From Octopus sinensis (taxonomy: Eukaryota), in contig NW_021833882.1 of NCBI RefSeq assembly GCF_006345805.1, positions 1-53,447 of the forward strand: a stretch of DNA of 53,447 nucleotides. Reading direction: 5' to 3'. The position numbers and the translations under genes were made by a program. The notes beneath the pieces are model-generated. The model had not been told where the DNA came from, did not search any database, and saw only the letters and a list, made by a program, of their open reading frames with translations. Shown here in pieces: positions 52,854 to 53,447 of the stretch; within the stretch, counting starts at the first letter, position 1; every line of letters starts with the position of its first letter.

Positions 52854-52908
52854 GGACTATTGCGGGTGGAAGCGGACTATTGCGGGTGGAAGCGGACTAT
52901 TGCGGGTG
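52854..52908. repeat. 20-bp minisatellite x ~2.75 (ggactattgcgggtggaagc)
   Basis: Directly visible. Confidence 0.9.
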
Positions 52909-52945
52909 CTTGTGGACTTTTACTCCACATGTTCGTGTATATTAC

Positions 52946-52981
<36 letters not shown>

Positions 52982-53447
52982 ATCCGTGTATCACTCTCTC
53001 TCTCTTGCCCTCTCTGTCTATCTCTCCCTCTCTCTGTATATATATATGCATGTGTGTATGTATGTATATATGTGTGTATGTATATATGTATGCGTCTGTG
53101 TGTGTGTGTGTGTGTATAATTCTAGAGCGAGAGAACGGAGAGAGTGAATCTGTGTCAGGTATATATATCACTCTCTCTCTATCTACACACACACATAAAC
53201 AGACATATAATTATAGTATATATGAGAATGTGTCACATTTGTGTTGTTGTGTGTGTAGAAGAATGAATATTTTGAGATCTTAATGATATTGTTTTCTCTT
53301 TTTTTTTCAGTGTGTGTGTATGTACGTGTGTGTGTGTGGTGGTGTGTGTGTGTATGTACGTGTGTGTGTGTGTGTGTGTACGTGATAAATTTTCTTACGC
53401 GTACGTGACACAGATTCCGCTTTACATATAGTGACATATAGAATCGC

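Larger units (their letters stand above)
46575..53447. repeat. Microsatellite-dominated zone (TA, TG, ATGT, ACCT) with small unique islands and almost no TEs
   Basis: Directly visible. Confidence 0.85.

Overview
A 53 kb eukaryotic, AT-rich, microsatellite-saturated, essentially non-genic region. The repeat repertoire looks like an octopod cephalopod (Octopus-like); this is inferred from repeat types only. Almost all ORFs in the supplied track are artefacts of simple repeats, and no intact protein-coding gene or CRISPR array is supported. The window holds: several tRNA-derived SINE families, many with target-site duplications (TSDs); decayed R4/Dong-type restriction-like-endonuclease (RLE) LINEs in (TAA)n tracts; RTE LINE remnants; two mariner fossils; a GG-terminated MITE family with 8-bp TSDs; a non-autonomous Helitron; two DINE/HINE-like elements; a solo LTR; and many Penelope-like fragments. 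Main observations: (1) about 10 minimal type-I hammerhead ribozyme motifs with palindromic stem III, including an inverted pair and a CCGANGA-core family with a long stem II; (2) a 12 x ~183-bp SINE-body array that is an inverted, flank-carrying counterpart of a 2-unit SINE 1.6 kb away; (3) a SINE with an apparent 3' transduction; (4) a CArG + Ets-like + CRE cluster upstream of a candidate first exon. Coordinates were read by eye and may be off by a few bases.
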